From Rhodospirillaceae bacterium (lineage in GTDB: Bacteria; Pseudomonadota; Alphaproteobacteria; UBA6615): a stretch of DNA of 64,000 bases. A program made the translations under genes and the position numbers. Of the stretch, positions 1 through 9,599 are shown piece by piece. The notes below the pieces were generated by a model that made no database searches, had not been told where the DNA came from, and saw only the letters and a list, made by a program, of their open reading frames with translations. Positions within the stretch are counted from its first letter, which is position 1; every line of letters begins with the position of its first letter. The stretch covers positions 21,789 through 85,788 of the forward strand of contig JABJEK010000022.1 in NCBI GenBank assembly GCA_018702955.1. The letters are read 5' to 3'.

Positions 1-756
1 CGGCAGAATAATTGTCTCCATCACCTCCGCCTCGAGCGCTTCGGTCAGGGACGGGGCGGGAGAATAGGCGCCCATGCCGCCCGTGTTGGGTCCGGTATCG
101 CCGTCGCCGACAGCCTTGTGATCCTGGGCACCGGCCAATGGCAGCGCCGTCTCGCCGTCCACGAGCGCGAAGAAGGACAGCTCCTCGCCGGGAAGAAACT
201 CCTCGATGACGAGTTCGGCCCCGGCGTCGCCGAAGGCCTTGTCGCCCATCGCCTGATCCACCGCGTCGAGCGCTTCGTCGACGGATTGCGCGACCGTCAC
301 GCCCTTGCCGGCGGCGAGACCGTCCGCCTTGACCACGATCGGTGCACCATTTTTGCGGATGTATTCCTTCGCCGCTTCTGCATCCGTGAACCGTCCGTAA
401 CCGGCCGTCGGGATGTTGTGCCGGGCGCACAGATCCTTCATGAAACCCTTGGAGCCTTCGAGCATCGCGGCGTCGGCGCGGGGGCCGAAGGCCTTGATTC
501 CCAGGGCGTCGAGCCGGTCGACCAGGCCCAGAACCAGCGGGCCTTCCGGGCCGACCACGACCAGATCGATTGTTTGTTCCTGGGCGAAGGCGACCAGCCC
601 GTCCACGTCGTCGGCGGCAATCGCGACGCATTCGGCCTCCTGCGCGATGCCCGCATTACCCGGCGCGCAGTAGAGCGCATCGCACAGCGGAGAGGCGGCG
701 ATTGCCCAGCACAGCGCGTGTTCGCGCCCGCCGCCACCGACAACCAAAATACGCAT
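1..756 (-). CDS. purD: phosphoribosylamine--glycine ligase, partial (3' end cut by the window edge)
   Basis: Minus-strand ATG at 754-756 gives [24 protein letters not shown], the canonical PurD N-terminus. The frame stays open to position 1. Confidence 0.85.
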   Translation of the reverse strand, partial: MRILVVGGGGREHALCWAIAASPLCDALYCAPGNAGIAQEAECVAIAADDVDGLVAFAQEQTIDLVVVGPEGPLVLGLVDRLDALGIKAFGPRADAAMLEGSKGFMKDLCARHNIPTAGYGRFTDAEAAKEYIRKNGAPIVVKADGLAAGKGVTVAQSVDEALDAVDQAMGDKAFGDAGAELVIEEFLPGEELSFFALVDGETALPLAGAQDHKAVGDGDTGPNTGGMGAYSPAPSLTEALEAEVMETIILP

Positions 757-820
757 TTCCGCGATCCTTCTTTGGGTCCTTCGTTTCGAGGCCGGCAGTT
801 TGTATCATGGGGGTGATTCG

Positions 821-2398
821 ATGAACCAGACGCCCCCCGATACCCCCGACCTGCTGGATGCAGAACCCGGCGACAATCAGCCCCCCGTGCTGTCGGTCGG
901 TGAACTGTCCGGTGCGGTCAAACGCACGGTCGAGGACAGCTTCGGCTATGTGCGCGTTCGCGGCGAGGTGTCGGGATTCAAGCGTGCCGCCTCGGGCCAT
1001 CTTTACATGACCCTGAAAGACGCCGACGCGATGATCGACGGCGTGTGCTGGCGTGGCTCCGCGGGCCGGCTTGAAGTGCAGCCCGAGGATGGGCTCGAGG
1101 TGATCGTGACCGGTCGGGTGACAACCTATCCGGCGCGTTCCAAGTATCAGCTCGTGATCGAGCGGCTGGAAGTGGCCGGCGAGGGCGCGCTCCTCAAGAT
1201 GATCGAGGAGCGGCGCAAGCGGCTTGCCGCCGAGGGCCTGTTCGAAGCCGAACGCAAGGCGGACATTCCCTACCTGCCCGAGGTGATCGGCGTCGTGACG
1301 TCCCCGACGGGGGCGGTCATCCGCGATATTCTGCATCGGCTGGCGGATCGATTCCCGCGCCATGTGCTGGTCTGGCCGGTGCTGGTGCAGGGTGATAACG
1401 CGGCGGCCCAGATCACCGCCGCCATCGAGGGGTTCAACCGGCTGACACCGGACGGGCCGGTACCGCGCCCGGATCTGCTGATTGTCGCGCGCGGCGGCGG
1501 GTCGCTCGAGGACCTGATGGCATTCAACGAGGAGAATGTGGTCCGTGCGGCGGCCGGGAGTGAGATTCCGCTCATTTCGGCGGTCGGGCACGAGACCGAC
1601 ACGACCCTGATCGATTTCGCATCCGACAAACGCGCACCCACCCCCACGGCCGCGGCCGAGATGGCGGTGCCCGTGCGCAGCGACCTGATTGCGCAGGTCG
1701 GCGAGGACGGTGCGCGCCTGACCGGTGCGATCACCCGGTTGGTGCGCTCGCGCAACCAGGAGGTCACGGCGTTGGGTCGGGGGCTGCCGGCACCACGGCG
1801 GATTCTCGAAGGTGCCATGCAGCGGGTCGATGACTGGGCCGAGCGGCTGCACCCTGCACTGACGCGCGTGATGCGGTCGAAAGACGAGGCGGTGACGGCA
1901 CAGGGCCGCCAACTCGTCCAGCCGGACCAGTATGTCGAAGCCAAGCGCCGGGACCTGGCATCCATGGTGGCGCGCCTGGCGGCGGTGAAATCGGCCGGAG
2001 ACGGCAGGATCGAACGCGATCTTCGGGACACGCGATCGTTCGGCCAGCGGCTCGATCAGGCGGCGGGTCGTGTTTTGGCTACAGCGGGGCAGAAAATCAG
2101 CGGACTGGACAGCCTGCTTGAGAGCTATTCCTACAAGGGCGTGCTCGAGCGTGGGTTTGTACTGGTGCGTGATGCCGGCGGCGCGCCGGTGCTGGCCGCC
2201 GACGCGTTGACGCCGGGTGACGGCATTTCCCTCAGCTTCCGCGACGACGGGGTCGTCGGTGCGACGGTCGACAGCGTCGGCGGGGATGGTCCTGCCGCGC
2301 GGCCGGCCAAGCCGCGAAAGCCGAAGCCGGCTGCGGCGGCAAAGAAAAAGCCCGCGAAGAAAGACCCGAACGACGACCCGCAAGGGTCCCTCTTGTGA
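821..2398 (+). CDS. xseA: exodeoxyribonuclease VII large subunit
   Basis: The ORF at 800-2398 has the OB-fold N-terminus and the catalytic core (VTSPTGAVIRDIL, ARGGGSLEDL, ISAVGHETD). ATG at 821 follows a GGGGGTGA Shine-Dalgarno. It is divergent from purD, as is common in alphaproteobacteria. Confidence 0.85.
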   Translation: MNQTPPDTPDLLDAEPGDNQPPVLSVGELSGAVKRTVEDSFGYVRVRGEVSGFKRAASGHLYMTLKDADAMIDGVCWRGSAGRLEVQPEDGLEVIVTGRVTTYPARSKYQLVIERLEVAGEGALLKMIEERRKRLAAEGLFEAERKADIPYLPEVIGVVTSPTGAVIRDILHRLADRFPRHVLVWPVLVQGDNAAAQITAAIEGFNRLTPDGPVPRPDLLIVARGGGSLEDLMAFNEENVVRAAAGSEIPLISAVGHETDTTLIDFASDKRAPTPTAAAEMAVPVRSDLIAQVGEDGARLTGAITRLVRSRNQEVTALGRGLPAPRRILEGAMQRVDDWAERLHPALTRVMRSKDEAVTAQGRQLVQPDQYVEAKRRDLASMVARLAAVKSAGDGRIERDLRDTRSFGQRLDQAAGRVLATAGQKISGLDSLLESYSYKGVLERGFVLVRDAGGAPVLAADALTPGDGISLSFRDDGVVGATVDSVGGDGPAARPAKPRKPKPAAAAKKKPAKKDPNDDPQGSLL

Positions 2399-3213
2399 GG
2401 TACTGGGTCGCGGCGGTTTTTATGCTTGTCGTGTCGTCCGGTCCGGGTTGGGCGCTCGAGCTGCGGGGCGAATTTACGCAAGGCGCACTCGTGACCGGCA
2501 CGGCCGAGCCGGGGTCGCAGGTCATGCTCGATGGCAAGCCGCTCCGGATCGACGCACACAGCGGACGCTTCGTATTCGGTATCCACAGGGACCGCACGAA
2601 GCCCTTCTCGTTGGAGATCAATTATCGCGACGGGCGCCGCGAGATCAGGAGCCTGCCGGTGCGGGTGCGTGACTATGACATCGAGCGAATTGACGGCTTG
2701 CCGCCCCGCAAGGTCACGCCCGATGCAAATGATCTGGAACGTATTCACCGTGAGGCGCGACTGATCTCTGCGGCCCGGGCCCGCGATAGCGAAAGCCCGC
2801 TTTTTGAGGCCGGGTTCAGCTGGCCGGTGACGGGCCGGATCAGCGGCCGCTATGGCAACCAGCGTATTCTCAACGGAAAGCCGCGCCGGCCCCATCTGGG
2901 GATCGATATCGCCGCACCGCGCGGGACGTCGGTTTTGGCGTCCGCGCCAGGTGTGGTGGTGCTGGCGGAATCCGATATGTTTTACACCGGTGGCACGGTC
3001 GTGGTGGACCACGGCCATGGGCTGACGACGATTTACTCTCATCTTGAGCGCGTCGACGTCGGAAACGGGCAACAGGTTGTGACCGGGGCGCAGATCGGGA
3101 CCGTGGGGTCCACCGGACGCTCGACCGGGCCGCACCTCGACTGGCGGATCAACTGGTTCGATGTTCGGCTGGATCCGGAGTTGATCGCCGGCCCGATGCT
3201 GTCTGGTCGCTAG
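2395..3213 (+). CDS. M23 family metallopeptidase (peptidoglycan DD-endopeptidase-like)
   Basis: M23 motifs HLGIDIAAPRGTSV and VVDHGHGLTTIYSHL, with an N-terminal signal peptide. The GTG start overlaps the xseA stop as GTGA. Confidence 0.75.
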   Translation: MRYWVAAVFMLVVSSGPGWALELRGEFTQGALVTGTAEPGSQVMLDGKPLRIDAHSGRFVFGIHRDRTKPFSLEINYRDGRREIRSLPVRVRDYDIERIDGLPPRKVTPDANDLERIHREARLISAARARDSESPLFEAGFSWPVTGRISGRYGNQRILNGKPRRPHLGIDIAAPRGTSVLASAPGVVVLAESDMFYTGGTVVVDHGHGLTTIYSHLERVDVGNGQQVVTGAQIGTVGSTGRSTGPHLDWRINWFDVRLDPELIAGPMLSGR

Positions 3214-4187
3214 CGCGCTACCGCGTTGATTTTTCTGGCCAGGAAATCCTCGATTGCGGCGGGATCGTCCCAGACGAATTTCACCGGCAGGGCTTCCACC
3301 CTGTCTTTAAAGGCGGAAGGTACCCGCACCGCATCCTTTTCCGTCGTGATCGGGGTCGCGTCGAGGGCGTCGGCTTCGGCGCAGATTCGTGTGATCTCGC
3401 TGTTCGAGAATGGGTGGTGGTCCGCGAAGGTATATGTTGCGACTACCTCGCAGCCGATCGTTTTGAGCGTGTCGAAGAACTTGCCCGGCCGACCGATCCC
3501 GGCGAAGGCAATGACCCGGCGTCCCGACCATTCTGCATGGTCGACGGCTGCCAGAATGCGCCCGGAGAGAACCGGCATCGAGGCCCGTGTCCTCTTTGCG
3601 AGTCCGGCGCGATCTTCGCCGACGATGACCATCGCGTCGGCACGCGCCAATCCCTTGGCAACGGGTTCGCGCAGCGGCCCAGCGGGGATGAGTTGGCCGT
3701 TGCCGAAGCCGGTCTCGCCGTCGATCACGACGATCCCGACATCTTTGGTTAGTGCGGGATTCTGATACCCGTCATCCATCACAATCAGCCGCGCCCCGTC
3801 CTTGATGGCGGCCTTGCCCCCGGCTACCCGATCACGCGCCACCCAGGTGGGCGCCATCTGGCTCAGCAACAGCGCCTCATCGCCGACTTCGGTGGATGTA
3901 TGGAATTTGGGCGAGACACGGACCGGACCGGCCAGGCGGCCGCCATAGCCCCGCGTCAGGAACGCCAGGTCATCACGTTCCAGGATACTGGCGATACTCA
4001 AGGCCACGGGTGTCTTGCCGGCACCGCCGGCGACGAGGTTGCCGACACAAAGGACCATGGCATCGATGCGCGTGGGTTTGGCGAAGGATTTGTTGAGCGC
4101 ACCAGCGAGCCGGTACGCGCAACCGAGTGGGCTGAGCAGCTTGCCCAGCGGCGCGTTCGGTCGGGACCAGAAATCGGGTGCCTTCAT
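3210..4187 (-). CDS. lpxK: tetraacyldisaccharide 4'-kinase
   Basis: P-loop VGNLVAGGAGKTP and a length (325 aa) typical of LpxK. It overlaps the upstream waaA by 4 nt. Confidence 0.85.
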   Translation of the reverse strand: MKAPDFWSRPNAPLGKLLSPLGCAYRLAGALNKSFAKPTRIDAMVLCVGNLVAGGAGKTPVALSIASILERDDLAFLTRGYGGRLAGPVRVSPKFHTSTEVGDEALLLSQMAPTWVARDRVAGGKAAIKDGARLIVMDDGYQNPALTKDVGIVVIDGETGFGNGQLIPAGPLREPVAKGLARADAMVIVGEDRAGLAKRTRASMPVLSGRILAAVDHAEWSGRRVIAFAGIGRPGKFFDTLKTIGCEVVATYTFADHHPFSNSEITRICAEADALDATPITTEKDAVRVPSAFKDRVEALPVKFVWDDPAAIEDFLARKINAVAR

Positions 4188-5506
4188 GACGCGCTCGAAA
4201 CGGCATTTGCGATCACGGGCTGCAGGCGGCGCATGACAAGGTCGATGACCTCCTGCTTGCGGCCCGCGGCGCCGGCGGCGGCTTCCGCCATTGCGTCCGC
4301 GCGCTCCGGTGATGCCAGCAACGCCCCGACGGCCTGCTGCAGCTCGTCACCATCGGCCACTTCCCGGCTCGCGCCGGCGGCCTGCATCTCACTTGTGATC
4401 GACCGGAAATTGTCGATATGCGGGCCATAAAGAACGGCGCAGCGCAGTTGTGCGGCTTCCAGCATGTTCTGACCACCATGGGGGATCAGGGACCCGCCGA
4501 TGAAGGCGATGGGCGCGACGCGGTAAAGCTGTCCCAGCAGCCCCGTGCCGTCGGCCAGGTAGATGTTCGTTTCGGCTGTGATCGTCTCGCCGCGCGACCA
4601 GCGCGCGACGGACAGGCCGGACGCGATCAACGTCTGCTCGATGTCGTCGCCGCGCTGTGGATGGCGTGGCGCCAGCAGGGTCAACAGGTCGGGATACTTG
4701 CCCGCGAGGCCTCGATGCACCGCGCCGACGATTTCCTCTTCGCCGCGATGGGTGCTGGTCGCGACCCAGGTCGGGCGGCCACCGATTGCATCCTGCAGTT
4801 CGATCAACGACGCGGCGGTTGCCGGTAAGGGGGCGGCCGCCAGTTTCAGGTTGCCGGTCACCGAGACATTCCGGGCCCCCAGCGCCTCAAGCCGTGCAGC
4901 GATTTCCTGATCCTGGGCCAGGATGGTGTCGAAGCATGACAGCAGCTCGCGGGCGATTTTGGGGGCGCGCGCCCAGCTGGCGCGTGAATGTTCCGACATG
5001 CGCGCATTGACCAGCGCCAGGGGAATGCCCGCGCGTCGCGATTCGAGCAGCAGGTTCGGCCAGAGCTCGGACTCGACCCACAGGGCCGCTGCGGGTCGCC
5101 AATATTCGAGGAACCGGCGCACCCAGGCGGCCCGATCAACGGGCACATATTGATGAATCGCCCGCGGCGGAAGCCGTTCGCCCATCATGCGGGCCGAGGT
5201 GACGGTGCCGGTGGTCATCAGGATTTTTAGTTCCGGGTCGGCGCGCAGAATCCGTTCGATGAGCACCAGCACCGACTGGGCCTCGCCGATGCTCGCGGCA
5301 TGAATCCATATGATGGCCCCCGACGGGCGCTGGATTGAGGGGATGCCGCGGCGTTCGTCGATGCGCGAGGGCTCCTCCTTGCCGCGCATCAGGCGCCGCT
5401 GGAGCAGGAGTTCGACCAGCGGCAGCCCTGCCGTGGTGACACCGCGATACAGGCTGGTGGCGAAAGTGGATGTGCCCCTGTTTCCGGGCCGGTCGTCCCC
5501 GGTCAT
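4184..5506 (-). CDS. waaA: 3-deoxy-D-manno-octulosonic acid (Kdo) transferase
   Basis: A 440-aa GT30-type protein with N-terminal IWIHAASIGE and a C-terminal glycosyltransferase fold. It sits in the conserved msbA-waaA-lpxK operon with 4-nt overlaps. Confidence 0.8.
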   Translation of the reverse strand: MTGDDRPGNRGTSTFATSLYRGVTTAGLPLVELLLQRRLMRGKEEPSRIDERRGIPSIQRPSGAIIWIHAASIGEAQSVLVLIERILRADPELKILMTTGTVTSARMMGERLPPRAIHQYVPVDRAAWVRRFLEYWRPAAALWVESELWPNLLLESRRAGIPLALVNARMSEHSRASWARAPKIARELLSCFDTILAQDQEIAARLEALGARNVSVTGNLKLAAAPLPATAASLIELQDAIGGRPTWVATSTHRGEEEIVGAVHRGLAGKYPDLLTLLAPRHPQRGDDIEQTLIASGLSVARWSRGETITAETNIYLADGTGLLGQLYRVAPIAFIGGSLIPHGGQNMLEAAQLRCAVLYGPHIDNFRSITSEMQAAGASREVADGDELQQAVGALLASPERADAMAEAAAGAAGRKQEVIDLVMRRLQPVIANAVSSAS

Positions 5507-7332
5507 CCGTGCGCGCGTTCGGCGTCCGGCGCGCTGCCGTCTTCGGGGGTGGACGTGCTGCCGGCGGGCCCCGGCTCGCGGAACTGTAGCCGGCTCAACC
5601 GCGCATACAGGCCATCACGCGCCTGGAGTTCTGCATGTGTGCCGTTCTCGACGACCCGACCGCCATCCATCACCAGAATTTGGTCGGCATTCATGACCGT
5701 CGCGAGGCGATGGGCGATGACCAATGTGGTGCGATTGGCCGTCAGCCGTTCGAGTGCGACCTGCACCTGTTGTTCGGATTCCGCATCCAGTGCGCTTGTT
5801 GCTTCATCAAGCAGGAGGATGGGGGCGTTCTTGAGCATCGCGCGCGCGATGGCGACGCGCTGGCGCTCGCCGCCGGAAAGGGACGAACCGCGATCCCCGA
5901 CCACGGTGTCGTAGCCATCCGGGAGTGCCGAGACGAAATCATGGGCGGCGGCATCACGGGCCGCGGCAATCACCTCGTCGTCCGTGGCGTCGGGCCGGCC
6001 GTAACGGATATTGGCGGCGACAGTATCGTTGAACAGGGTGATATCCTGGCTGACGAGTGCGATGGCATCGCGCAGGCTGGCCATGGTCAGGCTGCGCACA
6101 TCCTGACCGTCGATGGCGAGGATTCCGCTATCGACATCATTGAACCGAAGCACGAGGTTCATCACCGTGGACTTGCCGGCACCACTTGGGCCGACCAGCG
6201 CCACGGTCTGGCCTGCCGGGATGGTCAAATCCACCTCGTTGAGGGCCGGTTTGTCGGGTGTATAGGCGAATGTCACCTTGTCGAAGGTGACGCTCCCGCC
6301 CGAAAGGGCAAGGTCACGGGCATCGGGCGCATCAACGATCTTGGCCGGGGTGTCGAGCAGGTTGAAGCTGCGCTGGACCGCTGCCAGCCCTTCCTGCAGG
6401 GCGGCGTTGAGATTTCCCAGGCTGCGAACCGGCTGGTAGGCCAGAATCACGGCGGCCAGGAAGCCCACGAATTCACCGAGCGTTCCGGTGCCGGACAAAA
6501 TCCGCCAGCCCCCATAGCCCAGGACCGCGGCGACCGACGTCCCGCCGATGGTTTCGAGAAACGGATAGGTGCGCGCGCGCCCCTTCACCGTCTTCATCAC
6601 CAGATGGTAGATGCGGTCAAACAACGCGTCCGCGCGCGAGCGTTCGTAATCCTCCATCCGATACGACTTGATCAGGCGAATGCCCGAGAAGGCCTGCTCA
6701 AGATTGGAGGTCAGTTCACCCATCCCGGATTGGGCATTCGAGGATGCGCGGCGCAGGCGTCGCCCGATCCGGATGACCGGCCGGCCGGCCAGCGGGAAGG
6801 TGATGATGACAATGATCGCGAGCAGCCAGTCGAGATAGAACATCATCCCGATCAGCGCGGCGGCGGTGACAAAATCGCGGGCCATGGCCGTCAGCGTTCG
6901 TGACAGGGCGTCGCGCATCACGTTCACATCGTTGGTGAAGCGTGAAATGAGCTTGCCCGTCGATGTCTCATGATGGGCCTGCAGGTCCGCACGCATCAGG
7001 TGGGCGAACATGGCCTTCTGTATCGCGTTGATGACGCGCAAGGCGACCGACTGGCTCAGGACGCTTTGGCCGTAGGAGGCCAGACCCTTGATGAATGTCA
7101 CCAGGATGATCGCCAGGGGCATCATCCAGACCACGTTCGCATTCTTGGCCTCAAGCATATCGATCGATGTTTCGATCAGCTTGGGGTAGGCGGCGGACGC
7201 GGCGGCCACGATGATCATCAGGACGACGGCCATGCCGACCCGGCCCTTGTAGGCGCTCATCCAGTCGCGCCACATCCGGCCAATCAAATGGCTTGTGGTG
7301 TCTGTCCGGGAACTCTGCGGGGATTCCTGCAT
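5503..7332 (-). CDS. msbA: lipid A export ABC transporter permease/ATPase
   Basis: A 609-aa protein with six N-terminal TM helices and an ABC ATPase domain (GPSGAGKST Walker A, LSGGERQR signature, LLLDEATSALD Walker B). It is first in the operon with waaA and lpxK. Confidence 0.8.
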   Translation of the reverse strand: MQESPQSSRTDTTSHLIGRMWRDWMSAYKGRVGMAVVLMIIVAAASAAYPKLIETSIDMLEAKNANVVWMMPLAIILVTFIKGLASYGQSVLSQSVALRVINAIQKAMFAHLMRADLQAHHETSTGKLISRFTNDVNVMRDALSRTLTAMARDFVTAAALIGMMFYLDWLLAIIVIITFPLAGRPVIRIGRRLRRASSNAQSGMGELTSNLEQAFSGIRLIKSYRMEDYERSRADALFDRIYHLVMKTVKGRARTYPFLETIGGTSVAAVLGYGGWRILSGTGTLGEFVGFLAAVILAYQPVRSLGNLNAALQEGLAAVQRSFNLLDTPAKIVDAPDARDLALSGGSVTFDKVTFAYTPDKPALNEVDLTIPAGQTVALVGPSGAGKSTVMNLVLRFNDVDSGILAIDGQDVRSLTMASLRDAIALVSQDITLFNDTVAANIRYGRPDATDDEVIAAARDAAAHDFVSALPDGYDTVVGDRGSSLSGGERQRVAIARAMLKNAPILLLDEATSALDAESEQQVQVALERLTANRTTLVIAHRLATVMNADQILVMDGGRVVENGTHAELQARDGLYARLSRLQFREPGPAGSTSTPEDGSAPDAERAHG

Positions 7333-7484
7333 GATGCGGTTGTCGCCGCCTCCGTTGATCGCGCGCCGAATCGAGCCATAAGTGCCGTTATCGATGCAAG
7401 CCTAACATGGCTCGATTCACCATGCGCCGACCCGTATCAGACGGGCCTGTTGCGATTCCCGCTGCGATGGTAAAGCTAGCCTGA

Positions 7485-8351
7485 TTGCGAATGGTGCAAT
7501 CAGCGAGGGAATACATGTCCGCAGCCGAGAATCTTGGCGAACTTCTACACAGGAATTGCCCGAATTGCGAAACCGACAATTCGAGCCGGCCTGCACTCGA
7601 CTATTCGTGGCAGGACTGGAAGCTCCGTAAATGCGGTGCCTGCGGGTTCGTATATCTTGAAAATCCCCCGGATTATGCGGATTTCAAGGTGGTATTCGCT
7701 TGGGAAAAGAACCATGGCGACCGCAAGGTACGGATGCGCAAGGAGTATCCCCTGGCGTATGGGATTTCACGTGCCTGGCGGAAATTCTATCGCTGGGCCG
7801 TCCGCAAACCCGACAAGCTGATTAAGCGCATCAACAAATGGGTACCGCCCGGCCTGGTGATCGATGTGGGCTGCGGCAACGCGGATCGATTGCTGTCGTT
7901 GCCCGAACATTACGAAACCAGCGGAATCGAAATTTCCAAGGCGCTGGCCGAAGAGGCACAAGAGTTATTGGCGACGCGTGGTGGCAGCATCACCAATTTG
8001 CCCGCTGTCGAAGGCTTGGCGAGCTACGAGGCGGGAACGGCCAGCGGCGTTCTGATGCGCTCCTTCCTCGAACATGAACAAAAGCCGGTCGAACTGCTGT
8101 CCCATGCGGCGCGGGTGCTCAAGCCGGATGGCGTGGCCATCATCAAGGTCCCGAATTTCTCAAGCATCAACCGACGGGTGATGGGGTCGCGCTGGTGCGG
8201 CTTCCGGTTCCCGGGCCATGTGAATTACTTCACGCCGGCAAGCCTGCGCTCGATGGTCGAGGACGCCGGCCTCTCCGCAGTCGGGTTCGGATTTTTCGAC
8301 CGGTTCCCGTTGAGCGACAATATGTGGATGGTGGTGCGCAAGGGCGGGTGA
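7485..8351 (+). CDS. class I SAM-dependent methyltransferase with an N-terminal Cys4 zinc ribbon
   Basis: CPNC and CGAC pairs in the first 60 aa, SAM-binding motif I VIDVGCGN, and VLKPDGVAIIKVP. An alternative ATG lies at 7515. The first half of the gene is about 54% GC, against about 66% in the flanks. Confidence 0.65.
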   Translation: MRMVQSAREYMSAAENLGELLHRNCPNCETDNSSRPALDYSWQDWKLRKCGACGFVYLENPPDYADFKVVFAWEKNHGDRKVRMRKEYPLAYGISRAWRKFYRWAVRKPDKLIKRINKWVPPGLVIDVGCGNADRLLSLPEHYETSGIEISKALAEEAQELLATRGGSITNLPAVEGLASYEAGTASGVLMRSFLEHEQKPVELLSHAARVLKPDGVAIIKVPNFSSINRRVMGSRWCGFRFPGHVNYFTPASLRSMVEDAGLSAVGFGFFDRFPLSDNMWMVVRKGG

Positions 8352-8384
8352 GCCGGGCCGCATCTTCGATGAGGGGAAGCTGAC

Positions 8385-8930
8385 ATGACGCGTATCAAGA
8401 TTATCGACCGGGCGGACATGAACGCCGAACAGGCGAAGGTCCATGATGCCGCCAAGGAAAGCGGTGGTCCCGTCGGCGGACCGTTCTACGCTTATATTCG
8501 CATCCCCGATCTGTTCCAGGTGGCGCAAGACATGCGCGATACCCTCGGCGCCGGTCCGCTCAGCGAACGCGAGCGCCTGATCGTTTTCATGGTGGTCGCC
8601 CGGCATTGGAATGCGCGCTATCCCTGGTTCGCCCAGTCGCGCAACGCGCTGAAGATTGGCATTGAGCGGGGTATCGTCGACGCGATCAACGCCCGCGAAG
8701 TTCCCAATCTGACGGACGACCGCGAACGGACGAGCTACGAGGTTGCGCGCGAGCTCATGGAATCGAACAAGCTCAGTGATGCGTCCTACGCCGCCGCCGA
8801 GGCGGTGATGGGGGAGACAGACTTGATCGGTCTGGTCGCGGCCTCGGGCCAGTTTGTCATGACCTGTTGCACGGCGAACGCCTTCGAGGTCGATCCGCCG
8901 GCCGACGAACCCGCGCCGCTGCGCGTCTGA
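8385..8930 (+). CDS. carboxymuconolactone decarboxylase (CMD/AhpD-like) family protein
   Basis: A 181-aa protein with the AhpD-like helical-fold pattern (RYPWFAQSRNALKIG). Confidence 0.5.
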   Translation: MTRIKIIDRADMNAEQAKVHDAAKESGGPVGGPFYAYIRIPDLFQVAQDMRDTLGAGPLSERERLIVFMVVARHWNARYPWFAQSRNALKIGIERGIVDAINAREVPNLTDDRERTSYEVARELMESNKLSDASYAAAEAVMGETDLIGLVAASGQFVMTCCTANAFEVDPPADEPAPLRV

Positions 8931-9049
8931 GGTCACCCTCCGACGCGCCGCCGCTCACGGGTTGCCGGGTTCGGTGGGCCTTCCGGCTAGAAACTTCCGG
9001 GTGCGAAGAATTCGACGATCCCGATGATCGATGCGAGCAGCAGCACGAT

Positions 9050-9403
9050 TCAGTTCATCGCGATACCGCTGGCGCGGTTGAAGCCCTCGGCGTTGCCCAT
9101 CAGGCCAATGGCATGAAGGCTGCGCGCGATCACCACGATCGCGCCGAGCACGCCAACGATGATCGGGTGCACGCCGACCATTTCGACCAGCCCCAGAATG
9201 ATTATCGTCGCCGGGACCCATTCCGAATGGTTGGCATGCGCGCGGATGCGGCGAATGAGCTGGTCATCGCCATTGTCGCCCCAGGGCATGTTGATCTTGT
9301 TGCGATACATGCTGACCCGGACGCCGAGAACGAGCTTCATCAACACCAGCAAGGATGAGACGAACAGCGTGATAAACGGTGCTTCTGCGGCGAAAGATTC
9401 CAT
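9050..9403 (-). CDS. MAPEG family membrane protein, copy 1, C-terminally truncated relative to its paralog
   Basis: About 60% aa identity to the MAPEG paralog at 11013-11429 (RIRAHANHSEW, SLHAIGLMGNAEGFNRASGIAMN). ATG at 9403 has a GGGGGTAA Shine-Dalgarno. A TGA stop falls where the paralog has TGG, and a conserved in-frame tail continues to 8987. Confidence 0.7.
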   Translation of the reverse strand: MESFAAEAPFITLFVSSLLVLMKLVLGVRVSMYRNKINMPWGDNGDDQLIRRIRAHANHSEWVPATIIILGLVEMVGVHPIIVGVLGAIVVIARSLHAIGLMGNAEGFNRASGIAMN

Positions 9404-9599
9404 GATTACCCCCAAAAATTCAGGATCAGCGAACAGCGTGACCTCTGCTTCAAATAGATACTGCCGAGAAATTCTGGGCGGTATTTTGATGTATGTCTAG
9501 TTGACGGGCGAATTCTCGCCATGCCGGATAAACTGGAATTCGCCGACGCCAAGTCAAGATGGGTGTGTCGCGGGCGGGCGGTGCGGCAGAACCGGCGCC

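Noticed and set aside
656-2383. Long ORFs on the strand opposite well-supported genes, for example 656-2383(-), 5635-6903(+), 22367-23482(-), 23821-24804(-), 36169-37533(-), 45312-46610(-), 50030-51145(+) and 50653-52161(+)
   Set aside because: They are typical high-GC antisense or alternative-frame artefacts. The translations are Arg/Pro/Ala-rich and low in complexity. Each fully overlaps a gene that has clear family motifs.
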